Source of the DNA: Octopus vulgaris
Taxonomy: Eukaryota
Assembly: GCA_951406725.2 (NCBI GenBank)
Contig: OX597815.1
Span: 169,756,001 to 169,820,000 of the forward strand
Direction of reading: 5' to 3'
DNA length: 64,000 bases
Part shown: positions 59,503 to 64,000 of the stretch, piece after piece
How the letters are laid out: each line of letters begins with the position of its first letter
Numbering within the stretch: position 1 is the stretch's first letter
Position numbers and translations under genes: made by a program
The notes under the pieces: generated by a model
The model's database searches: none
The model's input: the letters and a program-made list of their open reading frames with translations, nothing else
Told to the model about the DNA's origin: nothing

Positions 59503-59725
59503 TACATAAATTTAATATAAACAGCAGGCTGCAATATTTCACCACAAAGGACGATTCATGTCCCTGTTAGTGTATATGTTTTCATTCATGTGTGTTAACT
59601 GCAGCATTAGAGCATTTTAGCGCTTATTTCTAGCAATGTTGGCGTTTCTTAACACCCTAGTCACATTTATTGACAATAACACTTCTCCTTTTTGGTGAGC
59701 TATTACAACCTCCTGTTTATATTAA

Positions 59726-59793
<68 letters not shown>

Positions 59794-60085
59794 TGAGTAT
59801 AAATGCGAAGATAGATTTATCTCGAAATGTGTATGTATGTCAGTTGAGAATTGTGTTCGCTATAAATCAGTGTGAATGCTTATTATCAGAGGTTATGTTT
59901 TAATTGAATGTTGTATATTTTTGTCTATGTCTGTGAGAGCAATTGTGTGTTTGAATATATCTTTGGCCTATATGTTTATATGTGCCCATATCTCTCCAAA
60001 TTTCTCCTTCCTCTGCTTTGCCTCTCGATCTCCTGGTCTTTCATACATTTTTATTGTCAAATGGAAAAATTATCGTTTAAAAAAA

Positions 60086-60298
60086 GTGTATAATACGCAC
60101 CCGTTCTCTAACTTGAGTCAAGGAGGTCTATACAACATCCTTGTTTTGTAAAGATGTATACGGTAACGTCCTTTATTATTATTGTATATATAACATAATG
60201 CAAACGTGTAGCATTTTTGTGCATTTTGTTTGCAGAAAATAAAGAAATAACAGTAGTAACGTTTAATAAATGTTCCTTATTGCCTGTTATTGATGATT
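60086..60298 (+). repeat. About 210-bp internal fragment of the same MITE
   Basis: Near-identical direct copy of 61823-62035. Confidence 0.85.
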
Positions 60299-60573
60299 TA
60301 AATAGAGGATTACGAAAATAACAGAGTATATTCAGTCTACGTAGGTAAGTATACTCTCGCCGAGTCAAATTTCAGAAGTTAATTGTAGGGAGTAATTTCC
60401 TTGGTTGAAAAGAATGAGATAAATTTACTTTTGCTATAGAAACACTACTCTGTTTATGACACTGCGTTCCCACTTTTGCTTCTGTGTAATAAAGCACTTT
60501 TGTATAATAAAATCGCAGTATAAATGGGCCACGAGTCCATATAGGGCCAAAATTCCACTTAATAAATTTATTA

Positions 60574-60986
60574 GGCGCAGGAGTGGCTGTGTTGTAAGTA
60601 GCTTGCTTACCAACCACATGGTTTCGGGTTCAGTCCCACTGCGTGGCACCTTGGGCAAGTGTCTTCTACTATAGCCTCGGGCCGACCAAAACCTTGTGAG
60701 CGGATTGGTAGACGGAAACTGAAAGAAACCATCGTATATATGTATATATATGTATATATGTATGTATGTGTATATGTTTGTGTGTCTGTGTTTGTCCCCC
60801 CAACATCGCTTGACAACCGATGCTGGTGCGTTTACATCCCCGTAACTTAGCGGTTCGGCAAAAGAGACTGATAGAATAAGTACTAGGCTTACAAAGAATA
60901 AGTCTTGGCGTCGAGTTACTCGACTAAAGGCGGTGCTCCAGCATGGCCACAGTCAAATGACTGAAACAAGTAAAAGAGTAAAGAGT
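60574..60986 (+). mobile_element. SINE family C, full length, with internal (TA)n/(TG)n tract
   Basis: ggcgcaggagtggctgtg..taagtagcttgc head, gggttcagtccc B box, ccttgggcaagtgtctt CORE-like motif, internal microsatellite, tail gtcaaatgactgaaacaagtaaaagag. Confidence 0.92.
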
Positions 60987-61657
60987 ATGTGACGTGGTGT
61001 GCTCCTGGTGAGTAACTATTATAGGGAAGGCAGTCTGTTCTAGATTAATTTAACTTGAGGAATTAACATCAAGGGTAAAGAAGTTATACAGAGCAGACAC
61101 GTCTAATTTTTTTCTACTTATGACGTTTTAAAATTTTCTTGTCGTTGGTAACCATGTATAGTGCTGTTTTGTACTCGTTTGGAATCGTCAACACGATATA
61201 ACTTGAGACAAATAAATTAAGTTAGCCGTCATAAATCATTACAATGCGGTATCTCAGCACGGTCGTAGTTCAATAAAAAAGTAAACAGTGAAAAAAATTA
61301 TAGGAGAGAGGTTCAGTACAGCACATATTTTAATTTCGAATTTGCAGCATAAATTCAGAAGATCTAGAGCGCTACGCTTAACGTCGCTTACCACATACAT
61401 AGATCCCTGATTACAAAGAACTGCGTATAACAATTATGCAACATTCACAGCAGGAGTAGGAGAGGGAAGAGGGGGAGAGAGGAAGAGAGGGAGGGAGAAG
61501 AGGGGGAAGAGAGTGAGAGAGAAAGAGAGAGAGAGCTAATAGGCAGCCAGACGGCACAAAGAAACAATAGCACTTGTTTACTAATACTACACAAAGAAAC
61601 AATAAAACTCGTGTACAAACAATACACAAAGAATCAATGAAAAGCCATACAAATTAT

Positions 61658-62525
61658 AAACAAGAGCACTCAGAGAGCGCAAAGATCTACCAAGGAAATA
61701 CCAACATCCTCTCAATGATTAGCCAGAGATGATTAGTCAGAGATGATGAGAATACCGCAAATCCTCGAGGATAGTCCGCAGGGGATTTTTAGGGGGCTGT
61801 ACCTCTGAAAAACCAAAACCTTGTGTATAATACGCACCCGTTCTCTAACTTGAGTCAAGGAGGTCTATATAACATGCTTGGTTTGTAAAAATGTATACGG
61901 TAACGTCCTTTATTATTATTGTATATATAACATAATGCAAACGTGTAGCTTTTTTGTGCATTTTGCTTGCAGAAAATAAAGAAATAACAGTAATAACGTT
62001 TAATAAATGTTCCTTATTGCATGTTATGGATGATTCTTTTATGACTTCATTGCTTTCTAGCTTATCTTAAGGTATTTTCGCACCCGACATCACAAAATGC
62101 GTCTGCATAAACATCGCCGGACAGCAAATAGAGATTCGGACATTGCTTAGAAAATAATTTTCATTTTTAGCCTCGTATATAGTACGCACTAGGGATTTTG
62201 ACCTTTAAATTTTGGGGAAAAAATGCGGATTATACTCGAGGATTTACGGTATCTGAAATAAACTCGACTGTTCTCACAAACGAGAATACTAAAAGTGAAC
62301 CCCGACCGCTCTCAAAAATTAAGTAAGAAAAAAAAACCCGGAAAAATAATCCTTGTCCGAGACTGGATCGATCCCAAAATCTAATCAGTTGGTGCCAGTC
62401 ACAAGGCCAAATATCCTTGATAGTTTCATCCGAATCCATCTCGTGGTTCTTGAGATATCGTGTCCACAGACAAACAAATAAACACGACTAAAAACCTCCG
62501 CCTTCGCTAAGGCGGAAGTAATAAC
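61658..62525 (-). mobile_element. Helentron-associated non-autonomous element (HINE-like)
   Basis: Minus strand begins TTattacttccgccttagcgaaggcggagg (subTIR plus inverted repeat) then tgtt/tctg microsatellite; ends with a degenerate subTIR and palindrome gcgctctctgagtgc-tcttgTT. Confidence 0.75.
61755..62249. mobile_element. Tc1/mariner-superfamily (pogo/Tc2-like) MITE nested in the HINE
   Basis: 26-bp TIRs ccgcaaatcctcgaggatagtccgca / tgcggattatactcgaggatttacgg with TA on both sides. Confidence 0.85.
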
Positions 62526-62856
62526 AGCTTTAACAACAGTTAGAAAGACCTTCACTCACCATCCCAACTATCATTAATATCAACAAAGCTTTTTTGTTGC
62601 TATATCCGGCTATGCACCTATAATGAAAATGCTAAACACTTCCTTGAGGATCAACATATATTTACTAATGAATTTTCCCTCAGATAAAAAAAAAGGAAAC
62701 CCCAGGGGTGTGTAAAATAACAAGACAACTAGAATTATATAATTTGGACAGTTATCCATACGCTCAGCCGAACATATTTGCTAATGCCTATCGAACCAAT
62801 CAGAAGTCTATGTTAGGCCGACATGTTAGAAATAGCAGGAAAAGTTTTCTCAAATT

Positions 62857-63064
62857 AATTGCAGCGTGGAAGGTGTTTATAAGCAATTTAAGAAATACAC
62901 AAAAACCATTAGATTCACTTCAACATTTAAAGTTTTGTCAGTGAACAAGTTGCGGTCTCAAAGCCACGAAAATATTTTGACAAATTTAATTTAAATGTTG
63001 AAGTGAATCTAACGGTTTTTGTGTGTTTCTTAAATAGCTTATAAACATCTTCCACGCTGCAATT
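62857..63064. mobile_element. Foldback inverted repeat (arms about 75 bp)
   Basis: 62857-62931 pairs with 62990-63064 with few mismatches. Confidence 0.82.
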
Positions 63065-63274
63065 GTTTTCGTTCCAGCACACGATCTCAGATCAGGTCAC
63101 TTGCTATGCAGGTACATCTCCGTAATTTTCTTAAATTACATACCATTATCTAAAATAGAATGCATTATGTGGTCCGTTGTATACTAAAACTGAAAATATG
63201 ACGGAATGGTAATGGTTTGATTGCCTTTGGTCATAAAACTCCCGATCAGGGCTGACTCGAAGGTAAACAACAGC

Positions 63275-63533
63275 GTGGAGACGCGTAGCTTAGTGGTTAG
63301 GATGTTGGACACATGATCGTAAGATTGTGGTTTCGATTGCTGGACCGGGCGACGTATTGTGTTCTTGAGCAAAACACTTCATTACACGTTGCTCCAGTCC
63401 ACTCAGCTGGGGAAAATGAGTAACACTGCGATGAACTGGCGTCCCGTCCATCTGGGGGGAACGCATACGCCACTGAAACTGGGAAACTGGGCCCATGAGC
63501 CTGGCTAGGCTTCAAAAGGGCGCATTATTATTA
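63275..63533 (+). mobile_element. SINE family B, full length
   Basis: Close match to 1865-2108. Confidence 0.9.
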
Positions 63534-64000
63534 TAGGTAGATGTTGTAGATGAGAAAAGTACAAAGAATAACGTACAATAACATTACAATAATCTTAGCA
63601 CAAGAATGCAGACAAACACAAATGTAGCACTCGTATGTATTTCATCTGGGCAACTCAAACGAAACAAAACAAGATATATATCTGAACCGTCATGGATATT
63701 ATCAGATATTATCCATCTTGAATATATTCATTGCCAAGGCGATTCCCAATATCGCCTTGACAAACTACAAGGAAGATACTTCAATTCACTTCGAATCGTC
63801 ATCGACTGCAAGCGGTTGCAGAAACTAAAGCAAAAGGCTTTTAATGAAAGACAATCTAAATATTTATGGAGCAAAGTATTTCCTTTTTTAGTTTTACTGC
63901 AAACACGAATCATGTGACTAAGTGTATACTCACTCCAGGCATCCAAACACATCTACATTTTATAAGTAACTGCTTTTCCAGATCATTTACGGACACACGT

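Overview
AT-rich, microsatellite-dense eukaryotic DNA, almost certainly from an octopus; this rests on recognising the SINE families and the repeat landscape, not on a database search. Most of the window is intronic or intergenic repeat: four tRNA-derived SINE families, several decayed R4/Dong-type LINEs (restriction-like endonuclease), CR1-group LINE relics, Penelope-like termini, Helitron/Helentron derivatives, a MITE, foldbacks and many simple repeats. Nearly all ORFs in the track are microsatellite or SINE artefacts. One credible protein-coding exon lies on the minus strand (33397-33617, MDKKSTLGG...NTQFLR, phase-2 donor). Weaker candidate alternative first exons sit at 10974-11041 and 39993-40012, and I found no downstream exon in the window. 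The most notable signals are: several type I hammerhead ribozyme motifs in Penelope-like termini (best at 55943-56017), SINE multimers that appear to insert at the heads of older copies, a 1.8-kb inverted SINE cluster that could form dsRNA, and head/tail module shuffling between SINE families. Repeat boundaries are approximate.
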